Made by a program: the position numbers and the translations under genes. Below are positions 46,932 through 56,110 of a stretch of 64,000 bases of DNA, one piece after another. The notes beneath the pieces were generated by a model. The model saw nothing but the letters and a program-made list of their open reading frames with translations, did no database searches and was not told the DNA's origin. The stretch is from positions 18,180 to 82,179 of the forward strand of contig JAUQOU010000003.1 in NCBI GenBank assembly GCA_030550715.1, in the 5' to 3' direction. Source of the DNA: a bacterium. Its GTDB lineage: Bacteria > Calescibacteriota > Calescibacteriia > Calescibacteriales > Calescibacteriaceae. Position 1 is the stretch's first letter. Every line of letters begins with the position of its first letter.

Positions 46932-48851
46932 CTAATTTTCAGCATACATCTCATCAAAAATATGTTTGAACTTTTTCTCTATCTCACTTCTTTTGACCTT
47001 CAAAGTAGGAGTTATTTCACCTTCTTCTATGTAAAAGTCCCTCTCAAATATCCTGAATTTTCTCACATTTTCAACCCGCGAAAGTTCCTGATTCGCTCTG
47101 TCAACAGCTTCTTTAACTCTCTTGTAAATGAGCTCATGTTTTGATATCTTTTTCATAAGGTCATCAAGCCCCTGAGGTCTTGAAAGCGGTTTTTCAGCAA
47201 GTTGTTCAAGCATATTTTGTGCAATTTTTTTCTCATTCTCATCAAGGATGTTGTTTTTAATCGCAAATTCAAGCGCTTCCTGTGGGTTCAAGGTTATGAG
47301 TGCTGTAAGATACGGTCTTCCTTCACCGTGAACATGGACCTGCGAAATAATTATATCTTGCGCTTTTATTTTGTTTTCTATTTCTGCTGGAGCTATGTTT
47401 TTGCCTCCGGCGGTTATTATTATGTGTTTCTTTCTATCTTTGAGTTTCAGAAAACCGTCTTCATCTATTTCTCCGATATCTCCTGTGTGTAGCCAGCCGT
47501 CTTGGTCTATGGCTTCTTTTGTTGCTTCCTCGTTCTTATAGTACCCCTTGAAAACGGTTGGACCTTTTATCAGAACCTCTCCATCTTCTGCAATTTTGCA
47601 TTCGACACATTTTATAGGTTTCCCGACTGTTCCGAGTTTGAAATCCAGCGGAGTATTGGCGTGTGTTATAACTGTTGCTTCTGTCAATCCATAAACTTCA
47701 TATATTTTGAGCTGGCAAGCCCACATGAACTCTAAAATCTCATATGGAATAGGTGCTGCTCCAACAATAAAGTATTTCACCCTCCCCCCAAACGCCTCTT
47801 TTATTCTTCTCAAAACCAGATTATAAGCAATAAAGTATTTTACTTTCAGGGAAAGTGGGATTGGTTTTCTATGGTTGAGATACCTGACATATTCTCTCCC
47901 GACCTTTTCTGCCCACGCAAAAATTTTCTGTCTCCTTGGAGGAAGTTTTGCGACTTCCTCTTTTATTCTTGAATACGCTTTTTCAAAAATACGAGGGACT
48001 CCGCCGAAAATCGTTGGTCTCACCTCTTTTATCTCATCTACAACCGCCTTTATACTTGTTGCATAAGCCGCTGATAATCCAAGATTTATTCTCCCGAAAA
48101 ACCCTGCAATATGTTCTGCGACATGAGCCATCGGTAGAAAGTGATAGCTGAGGTCATCGTCTCCCAAACCTAAAACTTCAGCAAAGTCATCAAATGAAGA
48201 AAGGAAAGCAATTATGTTCCCGTGTGATATCATCGCACCCTTGGGCATTCCCGTAGTTCCAGAAGTATAAACTATTATCGCTATATCTTCTTTTCCAATA
48301 GAATTTATTCTGTCAAAAACAAGTTTTTCATCTGGTTCGGTTTCAAGACATCTTGAAAAACCCTCAACTCTTGCGTCATCAAAATATCTCTCACAGTCCT
48401 CTGTATCAAAAACAACTATCTTTCTTATGTTTGGAATTTTATCTCTTATCTTCCAGACCTTTTCCATTTTCTCCGAGTTTTCTACAAAGAGCCAGACAGA
48501 ATCAGAGTGGTTTATAAGGTATTCAAGTTGAGATGGGGATAGTGTAGGATAAAGTCCAACCGTTACTCCGCCGGCAGAGAGTATAGCGAGATCTGTAATA
48601 GCCCACTCAGGTCTTGTATCAGACAGAACAGAAATCTTTTCTCCCTTCTGTATGCCATTTTTTATAAGGTATGTCGCAACAGAGCTTACTTTTCTGCCGA
48701 ATTCGCCCCAGCTGACATCTACCCATTTTCCATCCTTCCCCTTGTATTTATAAGCTAATTTACCATAAGACCTTTTGACTCTCTCGTAAAAAAGTTCAGG
48801 AACATTTTTTATTCTGCTTTCCTTACCCCACTGTAATATCAACCTCTCCAT
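46932..48851 (-). CDS. Long-chain-fatty-acid--CoA ligase (AMP-forming)
   Basis: Has IVYTSGTTGMPKGAMISHGN, YGLTE and TGDIGEIDEDGFLKLKDRKKHIIITAGGKNIAP. I place the start at the Met of MERLILQWG (48851). The 45-codon upstream extension to 48986 overlaps the preceding GT2 gene. Confidence 0.85.
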   Translation of the reverse strand: MERLILQWGKESRIKNVPELFYERVKRSYGKLAYKYKGKDGKWVDVSWGEFGRKVSSVATYLIKNGIQKGEKISVLSDTRPEWAITDLAILSAGGVTVGLYPTLSPSQLEYLINHSDSVWLFVENSEKMEKVWKIRDKIPNIRKIVVFDTEDCERYFDDARVEGFSRCLETEPDEKLVFDRINSIGKEDIAIIVYTSGTTGMPKGAMISHGNIIAFLSSFDDFAEVLGLGDDDLSYHFLPMAHVAEHIAGFFGRINLGLSAAYATSIKAVVDEIKEVRPTIFGGVPRIFEKAYSRIKEEVAKLPPRRQKIFAWAEKVGREYVRYLNHRKPIPLSLKVKYFIAYNLVLRRIKEAFGGRVKYFIVGAAPIPYEILEFMWACQLKIYEVYGLTEATVITHANTPLDFKLGTVGKPIKCVECKIAEDGEVLIKGPTVFKGYYKNEEATKEAIDQDGWLHTGDIGEIDEDGFLKLKDRKKHIIITAGGKNIAPAEIENKIKAQDIIISQVHVHGEGRPYLTALITLNPQEALEFAIKNNILDENEKKIAQNMLEQLAEKPLSRPQGLDDLMKKISKHELIYKRVKEAVDRANQELSRVENVRKFRIFERDFYIEEGEITPTLKVKRSEIEKKFKHIFDEMYAEN

Positions 48852-48934
48852 AGTTTTTATTTTAACTTCGCAGGAGAAATTTTTTAATAAAAAAACAAAA
48901 TAATTGAACAAGCGTTCAAAGAAAATTTTGATTT

Positions 48935-49927
48935 TCAAAAGGCATTTGAGGATTTTCTTTTCAAATTTTTCAGCTCCGAAATCCAATCTTTTTTCTTCAC
49001 ATGTTCTCTTAATTTTTTATCATATATGAGTTTCATCTCATACAAAAATCTTGCTTTCATAACAGCACTCTCAACCGCATACCTTTCTTTTTTTGATTTA
49101 TCTAAAAGAGCAAGAAGATTGTAGATAATGTGGAGTGATAGGAAACAAAAAGAGCGCAGAGCCAAAACAGGTCTTTTCGGAAAATCCCCCCAGTGAAACT
49201 TTGAGTAAGACATCTGTATTCCGTGTTTGAAAGCTCTTTCTTTCAGATACCGCAAACTCATTCTCTTTCTGCTTATTTTGTGGTATACCACCGCTTTGGG
49301 ATTGTAAATTATCTTTTTTCCCATCTGCCTTATTTTTATGCAAAGACCGCTCTCTCCATCTCCACGCAGCCAAATTTTATTTTTAGAAATAAATAAATCT
49401 GGGTTAAAGCCCCCTACAAGAATAGCAGTTTCTCTATCCACCGCGAAGTTATTTCCATTTAGAAAATCTACCTCTTTTTCCTCATCTCCCCAATCGCATA
49501 AAGAAAGATATGAATGTTTTAGATATTTGAAGAATTCAGGAAGTTCTGCTTCAAAAATCGGCAGAACCTTTCCACCAACAGCTCCAGCATTACCGTTTTT
49601 TGTAAAAGAAGAGACAATTTCTCTTATGAGGTTTTCATCACCCGGCAAAGCGTCATCATCTTGAAACAAAACTATTTCTCCTTTTGATTCTAAAAGACCT
49701 CTGTTTCTGGCATTATGCAAACCCTCTTGTTCCTCTCTTATATACCTTACTTTTCTGTTTTCAAACTTCTCCGCAATTTTCTTTATATGAAAAGAATGGT
49801 CTCTTTCCTGTGAATTATCTACAACAAGAATCTCAAAAGGAGCGTAGTTTTGTTGGAGAATTTTTTCAACAACCGATTCAATTTCACTCGGAAACCGTGC
49901 AGTCGGAATAACAACAGAAACCTTCAC
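48935..49927 (-). CDS. Glycosyltransferase family 2
   Basis: 330 aa with VSVVIPTARFPSEIESVVEKILQQNYAPFEILVVDNS and FQDDDA (DxD). Confidence 0.85.
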   Translation of the reverse strand: MKVSVVIPTARFPSEIESVVEKILQQNYAPFEILVVDNSQERDHSFHIKKIAEKFENRKVRYIREEQEGLHNARNRGLLESKGEIVLFQDDDALPGDENLIREIVSSFTKNGNAGAVGGKVLPIFEAELPEFFKYLKHSYLSLCDWGDEEKEVDFLNGNNFAVDRETAILVGGFNPDLFISKNKIWLRGDGESGLCIKIRQMGKKIIYNPKAVVYHKISRKRMSLRYLKERAFKHGIQMSYSKFHWGDFPKRPVLALRSFCFLSLHIIYNLLALLDKSKKERYAVESAVMKARFLYEMKLIYDKKLREHVKKKDWISELKNLKRKSSNAF

Positions 49928-49985
49928 AAAAAAATATGTAAAGAGAGAAAAATAAAAAACCTGTTTTCAGATTAAGATTTAGGAA

Positions 49986-51149
49986 ATGAGCGGAACCGAA
50001 TTCATACCTGTAAATGAACCTTGGATTACCGAGAGAGAAATTGAGTATGTTCTTGAAGCGGTAAGAAGCACTTTTATCTCATCAGAAGGAAAATTCATAA
50101 GAGAATTTGAAGAGAGATTCTCTTCGTTTTGTGGAAGGAAATACGGAGTAGCGGTGAACAACGGAACAAACGCTCTCGTACTTGCTATGAGATCTCTTGA
50201 ACTTGAAGAGGGGACAGAAGTTATACTTCCGACATTTACCATAATCTCCTGCGCTCTTGCAGTTATATATAATGGACTTGTACCCGTCTTTGTTGATTCA
50301 GAGCCGGAAACTTACAACATGGATCCGGAAAAAATAGAGGAAAAAATAACAGAAAGAACAAAGGCAATACTTATGGTTCATACATACGGGCACCCATGCG
50401 AGGTAGATAAAATACTTGAGATAGCAGAAAAATATAACCTTTATGTAATTGAGGACTTTGCAGAAGCTATAGGTTCAGAATACAAAGGAAGAAAATGCGG
50501 GAGTTTCGGAATAATAAGTTGCACAAGTTTTTATGCGAACAAACTTATCACAACAGGTGAAGGTGGAATGTGCCTCACAGATGACGAAAAACTCGCTAAA
50601 AAAATGATAAGATTAAGAAATTTAGCTTTCATTCCAGAAAAGAGATTTTTGCACTACGAACTCGGATTCAATTTCAGAATGACAAATGTTCAGGCAGGAA
50701 TCGGACTTGCTCAACTTGAAAATGTGAGCGAAAGAATAGAAAAGAAAATCAAAATAGCCAGAAAATATTCCAAAATGCTCAAAGAACTTGAAGATAAAGG
50801 CATTTTAAAACTTCCGACCGAAAAAAATTATGTTAAAAACACATACTGGATGTACGGAATAGTTATGAAAAACGGAGTGAAATCAGATATTATTATGAAA
50901 AAGCTTGAAGAAAGGGGAATACAAACAAGACCTTTCTTCTACCCGCTTCATCTTCAACCCGCTTTCAGAAAGTTCCATTGGTTCAGAGAAGAAAAATTGG
51001 AAGTAGCCGAGTTTCTTTCTGAGTTCGGATTTTACCTCCCATCTGGACTTACTTTGAACGACGAGAAAATAGAAAAAATATGCAAAACATTTTATGAAGT
51101 CATAGATGAAATTGAAAACAAAAAAGCAATTCAAAGCAAGGATAATTAA
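49986..51149 (+). CDS. DegT/DnrJ/EryC1/StrS family NDP-sugar aminotransferase
   Basis: 387 aa with NNGTNALVLA, EDFAEAIG and the PLP-lysine context SFYANKLITTGEGG. Confidence 0.9.
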   Translation: MSGTEFIPVNEPWITEREIEYVLEAVRSTFISSEGKFIREFEERFSSFCGRKYGVAVNNGTNALVLAMRSLELEEGTEVILPTFTIISCALAVIYNGLVPVFVDSEPETYNMDPEKIEEKITERTKAILMVHTYGHPCEVDKILEIAEKYNLYVIEDFAEAIGSEYKGRKCGSFGIISCTSFYANKLITTGEGGMCLTDDEKLAKKMIRLRNLAFIPEKRFLHYELGFNFRMTNVQAGIGLAQLENVSERIEKKIKIARKYSKMLKELEDKGILKLPTEKNYVKNTYWMYGIVMKNGVKSDIIMKKLEERGIQTRPFFYPLHLQPAFRKFHWFREEKLEVAEFLSEFGFYLPSGLTLNDEKIEKICKTFYEVIDEIENKKAIQSKDN

Positions 51150-51160
51150 AAAAGAGAAAA

Positions 51161-51991
51161 ATGGGTGAGAAAAACAAGACAAAATACTCAAAAGAAAACA
51201 CAAAAGCTGAAAATAAAAATAAAGAGCAAATTGTCTTCGGTCATCTCTACTCCCAAATATATGATGCTCTGTATAAAGATAAAGATTACCAGAGAGAGTG
51301 CGACTATCTTGAAGAGCTATTCAAAATGTTCAGAGTCAGAGTGAGAAAAATTCTTGATTTAGGATGTGGGACAGGAAATCACTCAATTGAACTCGCAAAA
51401 AGAGGATACGAAGTAATAGGAATAGATATATCAGAAAAGATGATCACCATCGCAACAGAAAAACTGAAAAATCTCAATAAGAGAAGAATAAAGTTCATCA
51501 GAGATGACATAAGAAATTTCAGTTTGAACGAAAGGTTTGATGCGGTAATATCTATGTTTGCAGTTATCGGATACATAAACGAAAACGATGATCTTATAAA
51601 AACATTTTCTAATGTCAGAGAACATCTAAAAGAAGATGGAATATTTATTTTTGATGTATGGTTCGGTCCAGCAGTGATAAATCTGAAACCCACACAGAAA
51701 GTAAAGGAAATAGACATTCGAGAAAGCGAAAAAATTTTCAGAATAACCACCCCCAAATTAGATGTGATGAGACACATAGTTGAAGTGAATTTCAAAGTCA
51801 TATACATCAAGGAAAACAAATTACATATTTTTGAGGAAAATCATAAGATGAGGTTTTTCTTCCCAAAAGAGCTTGAACTTATGCTAAAAATTTCAGGATT
51901 CAAAAGGGTTTATTTCTTCCCGTTCCTTGAAACAGAAAGAAAACCAGATGAAAACGATTGGAACATAACCGCAGTATCTCTGAAAAAATAA
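51161..51991 (+). CDS. Class I SAM methyltransferase of the TylM1/DesVI-like (NDP-amino-sugar N,N-dimethyltransferase-like) type
   Basis: 276 aa. YSQIYDALYKDKDYQRECDYLEELF, ILDLGCGTGNHS, GIDISEKM, DIRNFSLNERFDAVISMFAVIGYI and the beta-rich C-terminal domain parallel the TylM1/DesVI layout as I recall it. Starts 11 bp after the DegT gene. Confidence 0.65.
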   Translation: MGEKNKTKYSKENTKAENKNKEQIVFGHLYSQIYDALYKDKDYQRECDYLEELFKMFRVRVRKILDLGCGTGNHSIELAKRGYEVIGIDISEKMITIATEKLKNLNKRRIKFIRDDIRNFSLNERFDAVISMFAVIGYINENDDLIKTFSNVREHLKEDGIFIFDVWFGPAVINLKPTQKVKEIDIRESEKIFRITTPKLDVMRHIVEVNFKVIYIKENKLHIFEENHKMRFFFPKELELMLKISGFKRVYFFPFLETERKPDENDWNITAVSLKK

Positions 51992-52038
51992 ATTTCAAAA
52001 TTGCATAAAAACAAAAAGATGCTAAAATTAAATCTTTT

Positions 52039-52758
52039 ATGCCCAAAAGAGGTTGGATATACGAAAAAGGAGATATTCACGGAGAATGGATGAAAAAAAT
52101 AGAAGAAGGAAAAATAGGCAGAGAATGGTATCTTCTTGTTTTCAGAAAGAAGATGAAATTCATAACAGATTTTCTTGATAAACAGAAGGGGAAAAAGATT
52201 CTTGACGCAGGATGTGGGGAAGGAATTCTCGTTGAAAAATACAGAAATAAAGGATATGATATAGAGGGAATAGACCCGAACTACGAGAGCGAATTCGTGA
52301 AACCAGTAAGTATACTCAAAACAGATTACAAAGATGACACATTTGACATAGTTTTACTTCTTGATGTTCTTGAACATATTTCATATTCCGATCAGTATAT
52401 CGCTCTGAAAGAGATAAAAAGGATATTGAAAAGCGATGGATTGCTTATTATGTCTGTTCCTAACCTTGCGAATCTGACATCAAGAATAAAGTTTTTCTTA
52501 TTCGGGAAACTATCAAGGGGAGATAAGGATTACAATCACATAGGCGAAAGACCCTTCCCAGAATATAAGTCGCTTCTTGAATTGCAAAATTTCAAGATAG
52601 AGAAAATTTATGGTATAACGATAACCATTCCGATTTTGTGGCAGATTGTGACAGTATTTCCCGAAAAGTTGCAATTAGTTCATGACTTTTTACTGAACTT
52701 CGCAAACATTCCTCATATCTCGCTCCTGAATATATTCATCGCAAGAAACATAAAATAA
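52039..52758 (+). CDS. Class I SAM-dependent methyltransferase
   Basis: 239 aa with motif I ILDAGCGEGILV and FDIVLLLDVLEHI followed by LKSDGLLIMSVPN. Confidence 0.8.
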   Translation: MPKRGWIYEKGDIHGEWMKKIEEGKIGREWYLLVFRKKMKFITDFLDKQKGKKILDAGCGEGILVEKYRNKGYDIEGIDPNYESEFVKPVSILKTDYKDDTFDIVLLLDVLEHISYSDQYIALKEIKRILKSDGLLIMSVPNLANLTSRIKFFLFGKLSRGDKDYNHIGERPFPEYKSLLELQNFKIEKIYGITITIPILWQIVTVFPEKLQLVHDFLLNFANIPHISLLNIFIARNIK

Positions 52759-52804
52759 AAAATAAAGAAGAAAATCAAAGATATTCCGAAAAGCTCATAA
52801 ATTG

Positions 52805-53866
52805 CTATGTAATCTGTTCGTAGAAAGTTTTGAAGTTCTGAGTGAACTCAAATTTTGAGTAGTTCTGCTCTATTGATTTGACATAATCTGAATAATTTTT
52901 GACAATCTTTGACACCGCATTTTTTATTTCAGAAAATGATGATATAGCGACACCGAAGTTATTTTCTTCTGTTGTTTCTTTGAGTTCCGGCAGGTCTCTT
53001 ACTATCACCGGCTTTCCAATAGAAAGGTATCTGAAATACTTGCTTGCAGACCATCCAGCAAACCTATCGTTCAACTTTGATTTATCATACCATACAAAAC
53101 CAATATCGTGCTTTGAAACAAAACTTTTGAAATCATCATAGCTCAAAAACCTTTCGTAAAACTCAACATTTTTCAGCTGAGCAAATCTCTTTTTCAGGTT
53201 TTCTATTCCGTACTTTGAAAGTCCGTGAAACACAAAAATGAAATTTCCGTCAAGTCCGCTTTCAATTCCCGCAAGAACGCTCTCTTCCAATCCTCCCGCA
53301 AGGAGAACCCGTGGAGGTTCAGAAGGAAAATAATTCAATTTTTCCGCTTCAAAATCGTAGCTATTTGGTATAATAAATGTTGGACAGCGGATTTTGAAAA
53401 CGCTTTTGGCAAGTTCTAACCTCTTTGGACTCAAAGCGACAAAAAAATCAGAGTTTAAGATAAGAATTTGCTCTAAAAGTCCTCCGACCAACTTTTTGAA
53501 AAGATTTTCATAATCAAGAACAAAAAGCTCAAGGTTATAGTAGATGAGTTTTGCTCCCATCTTTTTCTTTATGATTCTTGAAAAAAGAGAAAGAGCCATA
53601 GCATCTGCTGGGTCATAAACAAAAATAAAATCTGCCTTCAAAGAGGAAGAAAGCAAAAAGCGGTTCAGAAACAGAAATTTTTTGAAAAAGCTCCTCTCTC
53701 CTCTTTTTATCTGTGAAAGCCATTTTCTCTCATTCTCATCAACCTCAATTCCTGAAAGGAGATAATTTTTGTGTCCACGCCCAGAAAGAAACTTGATAAT
53801 ATTATACATCGGCAAACACGAAGAGAAAAAACCATACTGCTTTGATAGTATGTGAAAGAAAACCAT
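52805..53866 (-). CDS. Putative GT-B fold glycosyltransferase (group 1-like)
   Basis: 353 aa with a two-Rossmann-like layout. The C-terminal half (VFHGL...NVEFYERFLSYDDFKSFVSKHDIGFVWY...KYFRYLSIGKPVIV) resembles the GT1/GT4 nucleotide-sugar binding half. Weak, by-eye call only. Confidence 0.5.
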   Translation of the reverse strand: MVFFHILSKQYGFFSSCLPMYNIIKFLSGRGHKNYLLSGIEVDENERKWLSQIKRGERSFFKKFLFLNRFLLSSSLKADFIFVYDPADAMALSLFSRIIKKKMGAKLIYYNLELFVLDYENLFKKLVGGLLEQILILNSDFFVALSPKRLELAKSVFKIRCPTFIIPNSYDFEAEKLNYFPSEPPRVLLAGGLEESVLAGIESGLDGNFIFVFHGLSKYGIENLKKRFAQLKNVEFYERFLSYDDFKSFVSKHDIGFVWYDKSKLNDRFAGWSASKYFRYLSIGKPVIVRDLPELKETTEENNFGVAISSFSEIKNAVSKIVKNYSDYVKSIEQNYSKFEFTQNFKTFYEQIT

Positions 53867-53878
53867 AAATATTTTATT

Positions 53879-54334
53879 TTATCTTTCTTTTTCTTCGCCC
53901 GATTTCTCAACTCCTTGAAATCTTTCTTTATCTTGTTCTCCTGTGTATGGACCTTGTTTTATCTCTATGAGTATTGAATCTTCAAGGAACTCAAAGCCGT
54001 GAGCTCCTCCGCAGAGAAGAATAAAGTCCCCATCTTGAATTATCTCCGAACCTACATACTTTTTCCTGCTATCGTACAGGTTAACTTTCACTCTGCCCTT
54101 TTTCACAAATAGAACCTCCTGTGTGTAATGAACTTCTCTTTTGTTATAAATATGTCTGTGCGCCTGAATAATATCTCCCTTTTTATGTGGCAAATAGCCG
54201 AGCTGTTGCGAAAGAGTGTCAGGAGTGAAAAAAGTAATCTCGTCTTTATGGAAATTTGACCGCAGTATTATAGAGATAAGCTCACCGTTGGAATATATAT
54301 ACTCTAAACCTTCATATGGTTTTTCCTTTATCAT
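53879..54334 (-). CDS. Cupin-fold protein of polysaccharide-locus type (function uncertain)
   Basis: 151 aa. KGDIIQAHRHIYNKREVHYTQEVLFVKKGRVKVNLYD...GDFILLCGGAHGFEFLEDSILIEIKQGPY shows the two-motif cupin pattern. Lies 12 bp upstream of the GT-B gene. Confidence 0.55.
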   Translation of the reverse strand: MIKEKPYEGLEYIYSNGELISIILRSNFHKDEITFFTPDTLSQQLGYLPHKKGDIIQAHRHIYNKREVHYTQEVLFVKKGRVKVNLYDSRKKYVGSEIIQDGDFILLCGGAHGFEFLEDSILIEIKQGPYTGEQDKERFQGVEKSGEEKER

Positions 54335-54426
54335 ACCAAAAGTTCAAGTAAAAATTTAAGCTATGCTCCTTCGATTTAGAAAAAATTTACGAAATTAGCA
54401 AAAAAGAAAGGAGATAGGAAAACAAC

Positions 54427-54882
54427 CTACTTGCTAACGATAATATCAGGAGTTATAAACCACAGAATCTTCCATTTTCCATCTATTTTTTCCAAAGCGC
54501 AAGCAGATGAGTACTTGAAATGAACGCAATCTGAACCGGTAAGTTCCCTGACAAGATTTGAAAGGTGAGGGAGATGTCCCACTATAATAAAGACCTTTCC
54601 TTCGCTCTCATCGCAAAGCGGGATAGCTTTTTTAGGGTCATCAAGAGGATTTATGTAATTTAGTTTTTCAATTTCGCCCCCGAGAATTTTTGCTAAAACC
54701 TGAGCGGTTTCAACTGCTCTCTTTTTCTCAGAACAAAATATCTTTTCTGGCTTCAAAACTGATACCAGGAACTTCGCAACTTTCTCTGTTTCGTAAAATC
54801 CCTCGTCTTTCAGTCCTCTTTCTGGGTCCTCTTGTTCCGATTTCGCTTTCCCATGCTGTACAAGGATAATCATAAAAATCAA
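54427..54882 (-). CDS. Histidine phosphatase superfamily protein, SixA-like (RHG motif reads QHG)
   Basis: 151 aa. ILVQHGKAKSEQEDPERGLKDEG, SEKKRAVETA and IVGHLPHL align with SixA motifs. The first Arg of the RHG motif is Gln. Confidence 0.7.
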   Translation of the reverse strand: MIFMIILVQHGKAKSEQEDPERGLKDEGFYETEKVAKFLVSVLKPEKIFCSEKKRAVETAQVLAKILGGEIEKLNYINPLDDPKKAIPLCDESEGKVFIIVGHLPHLSNLVRELTGSDCVHFKYSSACALEKIDGKWKILWFITPDIIVSK

Positions 54883-54933
54883 AAATAAAATCTTTCTCTC
54901 TCAAATCTTAATTTGCGTATTAAATTTCTCTCT

Positions 54934-56088
54934 ATGAGAAGAACAGAAGTTGAGAAAATAAAACGAAATATTTTAAAGGGGATATATGATTTTTCGGAAA
55001 GGAAAATAGAGGAGAACTCAACGACAGGAAAAATCCTCAGCGAGATAATACCTATTGCATACATAATATCAAAGAGCAAAAGCCCAAAGAAGATAAAAGA
55101 GAATTTAAGCCAGTATCTTGAAACGAGAAAAATCCTCAACATACAAAGGAGTGTTTTAGAGCTTTCGTGTCTTGGAACAGCAATAGAACTTGGAATAACA
55201 GAGAAGATATCAAACGAGAAAAAAACCGCAGATGAAATTTCTTCCGAACTCGGAACAGAAAGAAGAAGGACTGAAACTCTGCTTGACGCACTCTGCTACT
55301 TTGGATTTGTAAAAAAAGAAGGTTCAAAATACCAGCTTGACCCTAAATTCAAAAGAACCTTTGAAAAATCAGGGGATTACTTGAAATTTATGTGGAGCCA
55401 GTTCAAAGCATTTGCCGAACTCCCAACAATACTGAAAAACGGAAAACCCTCAGAAATACTCAACATCTACAACCTTGAAGGAGATTATGCCACATTGCTT
55501 TACAATGTCAACTCATTTCTTTATATTGCAACAGCAGAGCTGATGAGAAAATTTGAATTCAAAGACATAAAAAGAATCATGATAGGTTCAATGGGAATAT
55601 CTTTCGCAAAGAACATTCAGAAAAAATTTCCCGAAGTTGAAGTTCATATAGGATGCTATCCTCATCTTATTGAGAAAGTTCCAGAGCTGATAAAAAAATA
55701 CGGGTTGACAAATATAAAGACGATGAAACCGCACAAGGGCATACCATCAGAGGACAGATGGGGTGAGGAAGAAAAAGGATATGACCTTGTCTTCCTCACA
55801 AAAAAACTTACTCTGAGAGAGCTTGAAGAGTTCGGAGATGAATTCTTGAAAAAAACATACAAGGTTTTGAGAAAAGGCGGGTACGGAGTTATATGGGAAG
55901 CAATAGTAAATGACAAAGGAACGAGCGGACCAATAGAAGAAAGCATTCTTGACCTTCTTGTGAGCTTTTCTGGGAAAAGATGGAAAGAATCTGAAATGAA
56001 AGAATATGTTATTTCAAATGGATTTTCTGATTTCAAGATTATAAAATGTCTTGGAGGAAAAGCAACATTCGGAATAGCTATAAAATGA
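54934..56088 (+). CDS. O-methyltransferase-like protein (winged-helix dimerisation domain + degenerate SAM-binding domain)
   Basis: LELSCLGTAIELGITEKISNEKKTADEISSELGTERRRTETLLDALCYFGFVKKEGSKYQLDP resembles the family-2 O-MT dimerisation domain. The expected DxGGGxG reads MIGSMGIS. The ORF is open to a TTG at 54913, but I use the ATG at 54934. Confidence 0.55.
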   Translation: MRRTEVEKIKRNILKGIYDFSERKIEENSTTGKILSEIIPIAYIISKSKSPKKIKENLSQYLETRKILNIQRSVLELSCLGTAIELGITEKISNEKKTADEISSELGTERRRTETLLDALCYFGFVKKEGSKYQLDPKFKRTFEKSGDYLKFMWSQFKAFAELPTILKNGKPSEILNIYNLEGDYATLLYNVNSFLYIATAELMRKFEFKDIKRIMIGSMGISFAKNIQKKFPEVEVHIGCYPHLIEKVPELIKKYGLTNIKTMKPHKGIPSEDRWGEEEKGYDLVFLTKKLTLRELEEFGDEFLKKTYKVLRKGGYGVIWEAIVNDKGTSGPIEESILDLLVSFSGKRWKESEMKEYVISNGFSDFKIIKCLGGKATFGIAIK

Positions 56089-56110
56089 ATTAATAAATTT
56101 TGAGGGAAAA

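Noticed and set aside
48852-48986. A 45-codon N-terminal extension of the long-chain acyl-CoA ligase ORF.
   Set aside because: It overlaps the 3' end of the upstream GT2 gene, is hydrophobic junk-like sequence, and the family N-terminus begins at the internal Met (MERLILQWG).
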